Positions 1-16,074 of a stretch of 64,000 nt of DNA are shown here, one piece after another (position 1 is the first letter of the stretch; every line of letters begins with the position of its first letter). The translations under genes were made by a program, and so were the position numbers. Source of the DNA: Vermamoeba vermiformis (taxonomy: Eukaryota); NCBI GenBank assembly GCA_045837725.1, contig JBEWZL010000260.1:124001-188000 (forward strand). Direction: 5' to 3'. The notes below the pieces were generated by a model, which saw nothing but the letters and a program-made list of their open reading frames with translations, searched no databases and had not been told where the DNA came from.

Positions 1-1706
1 ATCATAGGGGCATAGGCGGCCCTAAGAACTCAATTAGAACTCTGTCATGTGTTCACTAACATAGCATCATCATCGAATGACACGTGTCAACAAAGGTATT
101 AGACCCCACTACAGCGGCCCAACAAAGCACCAGTGACACGTGTCAAAAATTCATGTCAGGCGCACGTACCAAGAGAAGAAATACAAGGCAACAATCTTGA
201 AGATCGGACGGTTCATGCTCTTGAAACCAATAATGATCTTCTTGAACACACCACCAATGCTTTGACGAGGAACTGTTACACGATAGATTAGACTAAATAG
301 CTAACCTCACGCTATAATAATTGCACGTACCGCCAGCAGGTCTTCTGTATTGTTTCTCGTTCGCTGAGAACATTGTTGGGATCAAACTGAAGATGACGAA
401 CTCGACACCCAAAACTTCATAACGCCATTAGTACGTCTCACTACTGATAGCTAGTTATACTTACTGAACAAGAAGAAGTACGGATCTTTCACGGTGATGA
501 ACAACGCACCAATAATATTGGCAATAATGTTGGCCAGACCTAAACGTTCGATTAAGGGCTAGTTCAAATAACACTACTAAATAGGGCCAAAATATCGATA
601 TCCAAGACGTACCCATGACAGTCGAGACCATGGCGTTACCGAGCTGCAACTTCTCTTCGGGCACAACGTCATTGACGAGCGTACGAGCAGGACCTTGCAT
701 CACGTTGACCATCAAGTTCATCAGAGCCAAGCCAAGCATCTGTCGTTGAATAATATGAGCTAACACGTAACTAAGATTGCTGCTATTCAATCAATAATTT
801 CGAAAATCAACCGCTTCAATTTCAAGAGCATTGCAATTTGGAGGTTGGATCCATTGCCGACCCCGCTATTTAATTGGTATGCAATTTTGATACGATCGTT
901 TGCGCGGTAGTAAGTAATAGCAATAAGGTCAAGCGAACTTACAGCAAGGAGGATGGCCCAAGTGTGATCGTGCGGATCTTCTCCGTTAACATTATCGCCC
1001 AAAATAGCGCCAAATTTGACGCACAGACCAATTAAAGCCATACCAACAGCTATTCAATAAGAAAGCACGATTAATATCGCTAAAATCAATATCATTGCGA
1101 ATTTTAATTACCGCAGAAGATTGTGCCGAACAAAATGAACGGGCGTCTGCGACCTAATCGACCAGTGTAGCTAAAAATAGAAAATCATATTAGCTCCATC
1201 GTAATAACGAAAATAGAAAGAGAAATCAAAACCAATTTTAAAAATAAAAACGGAATTTAATTCGAGTGTCTGAATGCATTCATAGCATAATAACAGTAAT
1301 CAAATGATTCCAAAATATTGGTATATTTTTATCAATAATTACTGTTTGTTAAACACGATCGAAAGAAGATCGGTGAATTTTACCTATCACTAATGACTCC
1401 TACAATTGGCTGAACGATAAAACCTGTACTTCTATAATTAGTGCACTTCTACTTTTCGACTTTCAGACGCCTCTACGAACCGCTGATAGGGCCAGCAGTT
1501 GCCATGACAATGTTCGTCGTGGATTTGGAGAGTTTCAATGTTTTTGTGAACAATGGACCGCCTAATGCGAATTGAATACTATCTAATACAAAAAGTCAGC
1601 AACAGAATATTACGGATCGCTCGATCGGGATCTTACAAACAAACTGCACTCCGGCAAGAGCGAAAGTGACGCAAAACAGCCACAGACTATACAAAAACCC
1701 GTTCAT
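1..1706 (-). CDS. MFS sucrose/H+ symporter-like (SUT/SLC45) transporter, multi-exon, 3' end runs off the window
   Basis: Spliced N-terminus MNGFLYSLWLFCVTFALAGVQFV..SIQFALGGPLF, then GRRRPFILFG and NVMQGPARTLVNDVVP, typical of SUT/SLC45. Confidence 0.85.
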
Positions 1707-2005
1707 TGTTCTTCTCTCGATTCTATTTCGCTAACTAATGAAATGTCTGCAGAAGAGAGATTGTGCCAGTTTTGGTGATATCGCCAAAGAAAAGGAGAGA
1801 CTTGGAAGGAAAACGCTCCTTTACGCGACCTAGTGTATCGATTCGCCAGCAGGACATTGTATAAACGCTATTTACAATTTATTCAAGTATTCTACATTTA
1901 AACGCTTGAAAAGCCGGGTAACGACTTAAAAATAACTTACTTAGTTCTTTTAGAACTACAAATAAATAAACTTCTTGTTTTTTGTTGTCACTATAGTATT
2001 ATTGA

Positions 2006-2864
2006 TCAAGCAAAAGCTGCTGATCGGGCATCGTTCGTGACTGTAATTGAACGCTTCTCGAATTCCTGCAGTTGCACAATGAAGCCTCTATTAGGACTGA
2101 TGATCGGCCGCTTGCTCTTCACTGAATCAAGCGCTTCTTGCATTGTCATATTATGCTTGTGCATAAGATAGGCGGTGACGATGGCCGGCGATCGAGAAAT
2201 TCCAGCAAGACTGTTACACGAGACACGTTAGCTCTGTACACAACGACTGTTCGTGCAATATCATGTATATATGGTATTCTAACAATGTTGAAGTTTAATG
2301 TCTGGGTCTGCTTACCAGTGGACGAGAACTCCACCAGATTGAATCCCTTGATCGATGAAGTCAAAACAATTCTTGAAGTACTTGGCGATATCTTCCTCGT
2401 GCCAATCGTCTATATCCACGATTTTATAGACAAATTCCTGCAAATTAACTAATTATTACTTTGCGTTACGATTGACCAGTCGGTTCGAGCAGCGCCTAAA
2501 AACGTAACTAAAATGCAGTAACGATTCTGCATGCCTCGCGATGTTATACTAACGAATTTTCAATATTTGAGTACGACAATTGCACGAGCGTTGCAAATCC
2601 ATGCAGCAATCTCTGATATGATTTTTTTTGATTTTTCGTTGAAACTTATTGGCGTTGCTTGGCAACGATTATATTGGCAAAAGGTCTTATATTGTAATAA
2701 TTGATGCTTACTGCTGGATATTCAGGCTCGATCTCGCCTGCAACGGTCAGGATGTGCGTCACGTTATGAGATGCAAGAAAATCTCGATTCCTTGAGGCAC
2801 TGTAGTTGCCCAAATAAAGTTTTGGGATGACCTCGCTAGGTACTGCAACAGCTTCGAATATCAT
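2006..2864 (-). CDS. Atypical dual-specificity protein phosphatase
   Basis: KLYLGNYSAS, VTHILTVA, spliced catalytic VLVHCLAGISRS, ISPNRGFIVQL. Confidence 0.9.
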
Positions 2865-4115
2865 TTTGTTTCGTTGTTTCTGGACGGTATTTACAAGGCT
2901 AGAAAAGAATGTCAGATTAGCTAAAATTTCAAAAAGGAATTTGATTATTGATACATAACAACTAATAATTTGCTACATAAAATAATGCACGATCATATAT
3001 CTCATGCTGAATGAATTTCAAGCTTGGTTGGAGTTCCGATGAGTTTCGGCAATTCCTCCTTTAACATTAATTTGGCTTATTGAGCGTAATTACACAATCT
3101 AAAATGAATTTTACTATTGTTTAACGTGAGGTTACCTATTTACAAAGTAAAGAAAGCGAATCTAGCTTGTCTTGAGTGAAAAATAGGTGCTACGCTGTTT
3201 CTCGAGCTGAAGCGAGAATATTTGCTTGCTGAAGGCAAAAGAATAATGGATAGTGACGAGCTGTGGTATGGTGTCTTCATAACAATAATTAAACTCGCAT
3301 AATCCTAACCAAATCTTATCTCCAAAAAACAAGATTACCTGATCTAAAAATAGGATGAATTTCATAAAGTTGATAAACCAGTACATGCGGCAAGGAATCT
3401 TGAATTCTCGATTTATGCAAAGGAATAGCTAGTGAAAAGCAGTGTGCCAACCTCCCCAAAGAAAATGTCGGATCAAGTCGCTTCACGAACAAACCCAAGA
3501 CGTTCTTTAAGCATTTCGTTCTGAACAAAGACTTTGAGACTACAAGCTGAATTATGCTACTATCAAGGTAGGCCTTGTTGAAAAGATACATTAAATAGTT
3601 CTGCAATCGTAAAGTACTTTCAGTCAAAAAAGGCGAGAGCTACGTGCTACAATGTGTCGCTTTGCAAACAAATGAATCGCCATGATATTCCAACTAAGTT
3701 AACTCAAAGTTGTCGCGATGAGAACCAGCGTTTGCGGGGATAGTTGACAGAAACTACGAAAGCTTTTTGCAACGGTCGTACGACGATTGATCACAACGAC
3801 AAATTTTAACGGCGCAATGCGTGAGGTATACACGGTGCCGTATTCCAAATAGAAATGAAAAGACTTTTATTAAAAAGTCAAAGAAAATTGGTTGAAAACT
3901 GAATTCGAACCCAAAAATGGAGTGTAATTTCAAAAAACGGCGACCACACCACAAAAGTAAAAAAGCGGTCAGTTCTCTTCAATGTAGAACTCGCGTAGAA
4001 CCTAAAACTCGTATTTCTAACGCGACGTCGGCTATTAATAAAAAAGCGTTTCTTTGCGATTATTTCAATCTAAACAAGGAGCAAGAGACAACAATTACCT
4101 GCCAAGGATAGGAAT

Positions 4116-4931
4116 ATGTCATCTGCTATGCAGCGCAATATGAATAGCACGCCTAGAACACTATGCTGCGTCGTTCCTCATCTATTCGTTGGGGATGTAA
4201 ACGACTCCAAGAACAAACAACTCCTGAAAGCAAACAGTATTAGTTATATATTACCTGTCGGCAACAGATTACCAAGATATTACCCTAATGTAAGCCTTAA
4301 TCTCTTGATATTTTGCTCTCTTTAACTAACGTCAATCTTTCGCCAGGATTTCCACTACTTTCCTTCTCAGATCGACGTACTAGACAGCACGTATGAGGAT
4401 CTTCTGACCTATTTTGACGAATGTAAGTTTCGTTTTACTATTTCAGCATCGTTCTTTAATGTTACCGGAATGTGTAACGAGGTCGATTTGATCAATAAGA
4501 AATTCGGTAGAAATTTCGCTTACCTGCTACGCACTGTTCAGTTCTAATCGTTCTTTGAATAGGCTATGAGTTCATCGATAATGCGAGGAATGCAGGTCAC
4601 AACGTTTTCGTGCATTGCGTAGGAGGATTTTCAAGATCAGTAACGATAACGATGGCGTAAGTTACAATTAATAAAAATCTACGCACGTGAGCGTATACTA
4701 ATGTCTCCTAATAACAGATACTTAATGAAGAAATACAATTTGAAAATGGAAACTGCTTTTGAACTCGTTAAAAGCAAGCGAGAATCAATATATCCAAACG
4801 AAGGTTTCTTGGACCAACTTAAAATATACGAACAATTACAATGCAAAGTCGATATGAAAAGTGATTTGTATAAAGGATTTAAGAACTACATTTCTGTAAA
4901 TAAGTCGGAACAAACGATAATATACTTGTAA
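4116..4931 (+). CDS. Atypical dual-specificity protein phosphatase
   Basis: HLFVGD, catalytic VFVHCVGGFSRS, AYLMKKY, IYPNEGFLDQL; 4 introns. Confidence 0.9.
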
Positions 4932-5168
4932 ATATAAACATAAACGAATAAAACATGTATATAGCTAACCCTAAACTGCGTATTACTTATCGAGGTTATT
5001 AATGTATATTATGTACTATTACGTACCTAGTTTAGTGGAAGATCCATTCGCGCATCGGTCCAAATAAGGAAATCGTACGGATGTGACGTGATGCGGAAGT
5101 AGCACTAATCAAAAGTTGTTTAATTGTCGAATGTACATTGAAGTGGATAGACTCGATCGATCTTCTCC

Positions 5169-7037
5169 TTATTGCATCGGACAGCCTCCGTCTTTGCCCG
5201 GCGCAGCGGCGTCACTTCCAAACAGCTTCGGGATCTCTCCTCCTTCTGTAAAGTCAAAATATTAAGCTCGATCTTCAACCCTTTATAGTTACGTTTATCG
5301 TACCTGGACTCATTTGTTGCATGAGCTCTTCGGGTGGCTGACCGCATTCTTGCATCTGACCAAAAATTTAGTTCGCAAATTCTTCCGCAAGGCCTGGCGC
5401 CATCAAAACACTTACAGCTTGCATCAGATTGACCACTTCGTCGAAGTAATTGGCATTGGTGTTGTACGAGTGCACAATCTTATTCACATACTCGTATTGT
5501 TGGACGTATCTCTGGTAATCTTCAGCGCTCAACTTGGATTTGTTGTCCGCGAGCCATTGAGGGTACTACCGAGCAAGCGATTAGTAAGGACTTTAAGAAT
5601 TAGCAAATAATCAATAATGCAATGACGATACATCGGCACCTCTTCCCGTGAACTTCGCATTCGAAACAACGGGGGTGCCGCCACAGAAAAAATTCGCGAG
5701 AGAAACGGATGAAAACAGGGCGTTTTTAACACACTGCAAACATCGTGATAGATCGTCATTAATCTCGTAGCATTGCTCTTTTTTTCCGATCATTTGAGCG
5801 GCACAGATATTTAAAGTCAAATTTAAACCCGTTTGAGTTTTCTACGAGATCCACTTGAACGCATGAACGACACGCGTCCGTTGGCACATAAATCCTTTCG
5901 TACGTGTGACACGATAATTAACATCAATTTGCGATGATTTGATTTACTAGCGTGTCCTGCAAACAATTAAATTTGCAATAGTTAAATTTTCGAACACGCG
6001 ACTAATGTCGTACGGATGCCACTAATTTTGAAGTATTTTTAAGGCTATATTACGCGTATTATACTTACTTTAGCTTGCATTTCTTTCATAGGCTCGTACA
6101 AAATGTCCTTGGAGATCAGCTGCTTCATTACATTCTCGACCATACCTAAGGAGCGTAACAATTTATCAGTACGTAAATTTCGTCTCACTCCGTAGTAAAT
6201 TTAACGTAATACTCTCGCGCCGATCGATTTGGAAATTAATTAATTTCTTTTTTTGTGTTTGTCGTCATACCAGTTAATTGGTCGTCATTTTCCATGCCCT
6301 TCAACAGATCTTCAAGCATTTGGTCTTGACCTTTTGGGTCCGCCGGCTGGCTTGCACTCTCCTACGATACGCGAATCAATATGCATTCAATGTTGAAAAA
6401 AATTGTCGTAAGTAGATTGGCCGATCCGAAAAGGTGCAATCTTTTTTGCTTGGGATTTAAATAATTACCTCCATTTTTTTAACGTTCTCAGTAAGCATTT
6501 TCAAAGTTTCTTGGAGCTTCTTCTGAATCTCTTCTTCCTCGGTTAATTTCGGATCGCCAGATGACGAAGCATTATTATTGTTATTATTTGAAGGGGTATT
6601 TGTCTGTGGAGTATTTGCACCCATTTTTTTATCTTCTTCTTGCATCTTTTTCGCCATTTCATCGAGAGCCTTCATGAAATCCGGACCTTGCAATTCCTCA
6701 AGGACTTTATTCATATCACGCTGAAATTCTTCTACTAATTTTTCTGTGTCTTCTAACGGTGCACCATATTCTTTATTGGCATCTCCGGGCTGATTTGAAT
6801 TTGTAGTATTATTATTTGAATTATTATTTACATTTGAATTGGATGTGGCTGTAGGAGTTTGTTGAGTAGTGCTTGCATTGGCATTATTAGCGCGTGGAGG
6901 AGGGAAATGAGATTTTTGGTCAATATCTTCAAAGTCATCCAGAGCACCTGATGCGATCAAAATAAATTAGCGATCGTGTCATTAAACTTAATAGTATCGT
7001 ACTTACTATCTAATAAATCATCTAAATTATCACCCAT
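5169..7037 (-). CDS. PEX19: Peroxisomal biogenesis factor 19
   Basis: MGDNLDDLLDS/ALDDFE N-terminus, MKQLISKDILYEPMKE, YPQWLADNKSKLSAEDYQRY, MQECGQPPEEL, C-terminal CaaX CPMQ*. Confidence 0.93.
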
Positions 7038-7221
7038 TATTAAACGAGTCTTATGCTGTTGGTTTTGAGTCGAAATGAAAAATAAATTGTCAACTCCGCC
7101 AAATTTCCTCAAGCAGCGCAAAACTCCAGGGGCTTTAAAGATATATAGCTGAACAAGTACAATTACGCCTATATTAGGTATCATATTTGCTTTAGAGTAT
7201 TTACATTTATGAGTATCAGTA

Positions 7222-8000
7222 TTATCGTACAAGAGTGCTTTGTATTTGGTCTTCTGCTATTTCTTTAAGCGCATCTCGGACTAAATGCAGTCGATTTTCT
7301 ATAGAGCATAATTAATATAAGAGATAAAATGCGATGAAATGCTCGTAGATAACGCACCAACAACTTTGATTTTCTGTTTTAACTGTTGCGCGAGTAAGTC
7401 GTTCTTTTGTTGCTCTTCATATAGCTTGTCATATTGTATCTGTTCAGTGTCTTCAATACCCGGCATAGACTCTACAATACAAGTGAGTTAGCACGAGTAA
7501 GATCTCAGATGCTTGCTGGATCTCATACCAATATATTGTTCTATTGCTTTACTTGTACTAACTATATTTGCTGCTAATTCTTTAAGTTGATCATCTGTTA
7601 GCTCGGGCGGTTTGATGTCTGAAGGGGAAGATCCAGGAGCGCCATCTCCTAAACCGTACGTCAAGTCAGATAAATTCGAAAAATGCGAAAATAAATGTCA
7701 TTCACCGGCTGCATATCAATTATGATATTGAAAGTAATTAATCAATTTTTCTCTTTGGCTAAAAAGACAAAATAGTTTTTGTCTTGCCTCTAGAGCACCA
7801 AGTGTCAAGTTAACGTTATTTCATATTGGTTACCATTACATTTATTTAATTTTATTCCTCCTACCTTTAGACTTCTTCTCAGGTTTGTTGATCAGTCCCA
7901 GGCTGGCTGCGGGCGCATCTCGCTGTATGGCACCAATACTCGTGTAAAATAATCTGCCCAAGTCATCTATACAAGATTGAAGTTCAGTCAGCCTGTCCAT
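7222..8000 (-). CDS. MED21: Mediator complex subunit 21 (Srb7)
   Basis: MDRLTELQSCIDDLGRLFYTSIGAIQRDAP, ELAANIVSTSKAIEQYIESMPG, coiled-coil end; 4 exons; absent from ORF track. Confidence 0.85.
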
Positions 8001-8706
8001 GTTGTTGTGATCGAGTCAGCAAATTGTTTGAAAGGAGAATCAATCCACAAACGGCCTGAAATCACCCCGCGGCAAGTCATCCAAAATTTCTGACTTTAAG
8101 CGACCTAAGGCCCAGACAAAGCCACAATCCACCTCAACAGTTTTCCTACAGGGCTTTTCTTTTGAGATCTGAAGTTAATCGAGTTTTGAAACTCCTGGAA
8201 TAAGCGTGATCGAGTTCCGCTTAAGGTTATAAACATTTGGGAGTTAAAATAAGGGTTGCAATCTCAAAACTGCGTTCTTCGACGGTGGAGTAATACACCT
8301 CCAAAATTGTTCCGCCTTTTTGTCGTGCTTCGAACCGGTTTCAATTTGCTTTCAAAAGGCAATATATAAAGCCACAATACAGCTTAAATAGTTTTTCGCT
8401 CGAAAGTAGCGAATTCAGCAACAAGACGCGTCGATCGTGATACTGCCAAAGTCAGAAACGACCGACCAGAGGTAAATTAATCATTTGTGTAATATATAGC
8501 ACGTTATTATAACTACAATACATAATTTATGGTTTGCTAATTTGGCTGAATTTTGTGTGCACAATAACAAAAGTTTTATTCCGTTTCAAATATTGATCTT
8601 GCTCACCATGGGTTTCTAGGAGGAAAATAGAACGTGAAGATAATATATCAACTCAACTATACACATATAAGAGGATTATTATATTTTTGGAACAGTTTCC
8701 TAAGAG

Positions 8707-12564
<3,858 letters not shown>

Positions 12565-12771
12565 GCGTGGAGTCCCATTTTCGGGACACCCGTGCTGGAT
12601 TCAGCCAAAACGACGTTTGTTTAATTTGTGAATTTTTTTGTACAATTACAACTCGCAAGCACGAGACTATAACCACAATATAATTGTTGTAGAATATAAA
12701 GGAACATTAATTGCACGCAAACGTGTTTTAAATCCAGGCTGAAGTCCCAGAAAACCAAAAAATTAATAGAA

Positions 12772-14526
12772 ATGGAAAAAAATTCAAAAGAAGATAAGAA
12801 AGACAAGAAAAAAGACAAAGCTGATAAGGTAATTATAACAGAAGCGTCGGATTAATTGGAATTTATTTGAAAATATTATTTTTACTTGAGCTAATTTCTT
12901 TGATATTACTAGACACTCGTGGTACACTCAGACGCACATATTCAAAAGGCCTTAGTCGACAAAATACCGTTCAAGTTGAGTCCGTCGATAAAATCAGTTC
13001 GATGGCCTGTTCTGTACGACCAGCATCCAAACCCAGCTTTGCTTTTTAAAGCCTTAAAAGACAATTCTACAGTCACATCACTATCATTGAATAGAAATCT
13101 AATGTCTTGGAACAAAGCAGCAATGGATGCGTTCGAAAAGAGTTTGATCGCCAATACAAGCATTCACACGCTTGAATTCAGTTATTTTTCATTCGATCAA
13201 ACAAATGCAAAGTTTGTTAGGACATTAGCGAATATATTAACAAGCAATCATCGGATCCAGCACATAAGATTTTACAGCATTGACGATAGAATGAATTATA
13301 ACGTATTTGACCCGTTCTGTCAAAATATTCATTTATTTGGCTTAAAATCACTCGAAATCAAAGATTTATGTCACATGCACGTCATTGCCTTGTGTGGATC
13401 CGTTGCAAAAAGTCCAACAATTACCTCGTTAGCAGTTGATTTCACGCACCAATCACCGCAAGTATTCAGTAGTATGGTCGATGCAATAATAGAGAACCCA
13501 AATATTACAGATCTGACAGTCGGCAGTTCACAAGGCGAGATCGCGGGAGATCGATGGATCAAATTCAAATCAGCCTTAGAACGAGATACTTTAAGGCGAT
13601 TAATAATCCAAAACTTGAATTTAAAGGACAATGCAGCAGTGCAAGAAAATTTTGATAACGTTATTTCCGTGCTTCAAAGATCCAAAAATCTCGAAGAATT
13701 TGGAATCGTTTTTGGCGGGAATATCAAATGGAAGTTTATGGGCGATATATTATCTAATAATAAGAACATTAAGAAGCTGGTATTAGATAATTCTTACTTC
13801 CTTCCAGAAGACTTTGCGGATCTAAAACTGGATCAAAACGATACTTTGACAGAACTTTCGTTTAATAATTGTTACCTAGCTGGCAATTATCTATCGGAAA
13901 TATTATGCCATAATACAACGATAAAGAAGCTGAAATTTGGAACACGACATTTAACGCAGAACGAGATCAGTGGATTATTACGAGCATTGAAAAAGAATTG
14001 GACATTAACGGATTTGCAAGTCTTAGCGGACTTTTCAGAGACACCACTTGCTGATTTATTTGCAGAAGTATTATCGGTTAATAGAGGCCTGAGAAAATTA
14101 ACTTTCCACATCCAAAACTGCGAGTACGAACACGCTTGCCGAGTCATAGACGCATTGAAAATTAATACGACATTAAGAGAACTAAACTTTAAAAAAGATG
14201 GACTGATGTATATCGGAAGTCAAAATAAGCCACCAGGAGCACCAACCTTTGATCTGTTGTTAGCGGATCTGCTTTACGTCAACGAAAGTCTTACGTACAT
14301 TCAAGGCTCAGAACCATTCCCAGAAATTGAAGCAGCATTAACGCGAAACAAAGAAAATCAACGGCAATTAATAACAAACGGAAAGTTGTTCGTCAAGATG
14401 TTGGCCATGAGGCCTCGGACTTACGGTGGAATTCTTCCGCCTGAAGTATGGTGCTCGATATTGCGTCACGTGACTCTCCCTGGTGTAGACTGGGATGCGG
14501 AACACTTTTACCGCCAGAACTTGTAA
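12772..14526 (+). CDS. RNI-like leucine-rich repeat protein with C-terminal F-box-like motif
   Basis: Repeated ALKxNxTL/IxxL units; short Lys-rich first exon; LPPEVWCSILRHV near the C-terminus. Confidence 0.75.
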
Positions 14527-14564
14527 CGTTGTAAGAAAAGTCGAATTCGATTTCTGTACTGCAA

Positions 14565-16023
14565 ATGTTCTCAAAAAAAGCGCCGGCGCTTTTCCTCAAA
14601 GTTGAAAAAAAAAGTTTTGTTATACCCTAATTACACAACCACCCCTGCAACACAAGAGCGCAAGGCTTACAGCTTACCAAAGTAATTGATCTGTATTACG
14701 GATCTACTCGTACTAATTCAATATTCTTTAGCCAACCCTATCGGCAACTCAAATCTCAAAGCGAATCGATACCCATGGCGCAAGTTTGGAAACAAATGGC
14801 TAAGGTTGCTTTTTGGAAAGAAGTAAAAGGTCAAACTGTTCTCGACACTAATGGTGAATCGTAAGTTGCAGATTTAGTGCTCGTATTTTCAATTCTAAAA
14901 TCGTAATTTACGTAGGATCGAAGAAATATTTGCCCGTAACAAAATAGTTCCAAATTTTATGGAATTTAACGATTTTTTTACTTGGGCGATTAAGGTACGT
15001 CTAAAACATATCATCTGCAAATCTAATTTATTTAAAGTCCGAAAAGGAAAGGAGACCTCATTTCAATCCCATACCCGGTGTCGAATTTTTGGACACGATC
15101 ACAGAGGTATGGCTAATCTAAATTTACGCCGTTCGTCTCTAACAATTTTAGAAACTTAACGCGGTAGATAAGACTTCTGCAAATATAAACCAGGCATACG
15201 ACAACGAACAAGCGATACAAGATAAAATAATCAACAAACAGCGTGAAGTCTTAGCTTCGGAGTTTTTGAAACTGGTAATCAGTTAATTTTATTTCAAGTG
15301 GATGAAATTACGATCTAATACTTCATAGGATGAACGCATAATTGAATATATGTTCCCAAGATTTGCAGCATTTAAGGTACAAGACATCTTCATGCAGCTG
15401 CAAGATAAAAAAAGAGAGAAATGGGGCGAGAGAACTTACGACAATACACTGTACTGGGGCAATATTTCAACGCTATTTTAAGGATGACTTCAATCATTTG
15501 GCGTATGTTTTACAACCTTGATCAATATTGTCTTCTCGTCTAACTATTTCTTATTAGCGATCAAAAAGTCAATAAGTACTTGCCATATTGTGTAAAGAGT
15601 GATATCAAACCTGATTTGATGCTGATTTCACGCGCAAAAGATGTTCCGTTCGTAATTTGCGAGTACAGTGAGAGCAACTCTGCAAGCAACTGCAAAGATT
15701 TGATTAAACTCGTCGAAACAATGCAAATGGTGCTAACAAAGCGTATCAAATCCTTTCATGAATGCTCAAAAGCCATCTATGGCATACTCTGTGGCGGTGA
15801 CAAGCTGACACTATTGTGCATGCAGTATAATTACGAAGGATATTATGACTGCTTCTTCATCGCTGCCAACAAAAGAGAATTACAAACACTTCAGTTAGAC
15901 TTTGAAAATTTTGCCACCATTCTTAAGATGAACATAATTCTGAAGCTTAACGGACTTAACCAGTTTCAATTTGCTCCAAAGCCATCCAAATTATCAGATT
16001 GCAAAGATGTTTTGCTAGCATAG
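14565..16023 (+). CDS. Multi-exon protein with C-terminal PD-(D/E)xK-like nuclease domain (Crinkler REase-like); start uncertain
   Basis: Spliced WGERTY..YWAIF, IKPDLMLI, PFVICEYSES, IYGILCGG; needs 1-bp corrections near 14575 and 15457 (first downstream in-frame ATG about 14776). Confidence 0.55.
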
Positions 16024-16074
16024 CACTGCCAGAACTTGTAATATCTTGCTGTTTAATGAACACATCCAGAAGTT

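Noticed and set aside
3162-4111. Short ORFs between the two phosphatases
   Set aside because: No motifs or coherent splice structure; likely promoter/intergenic
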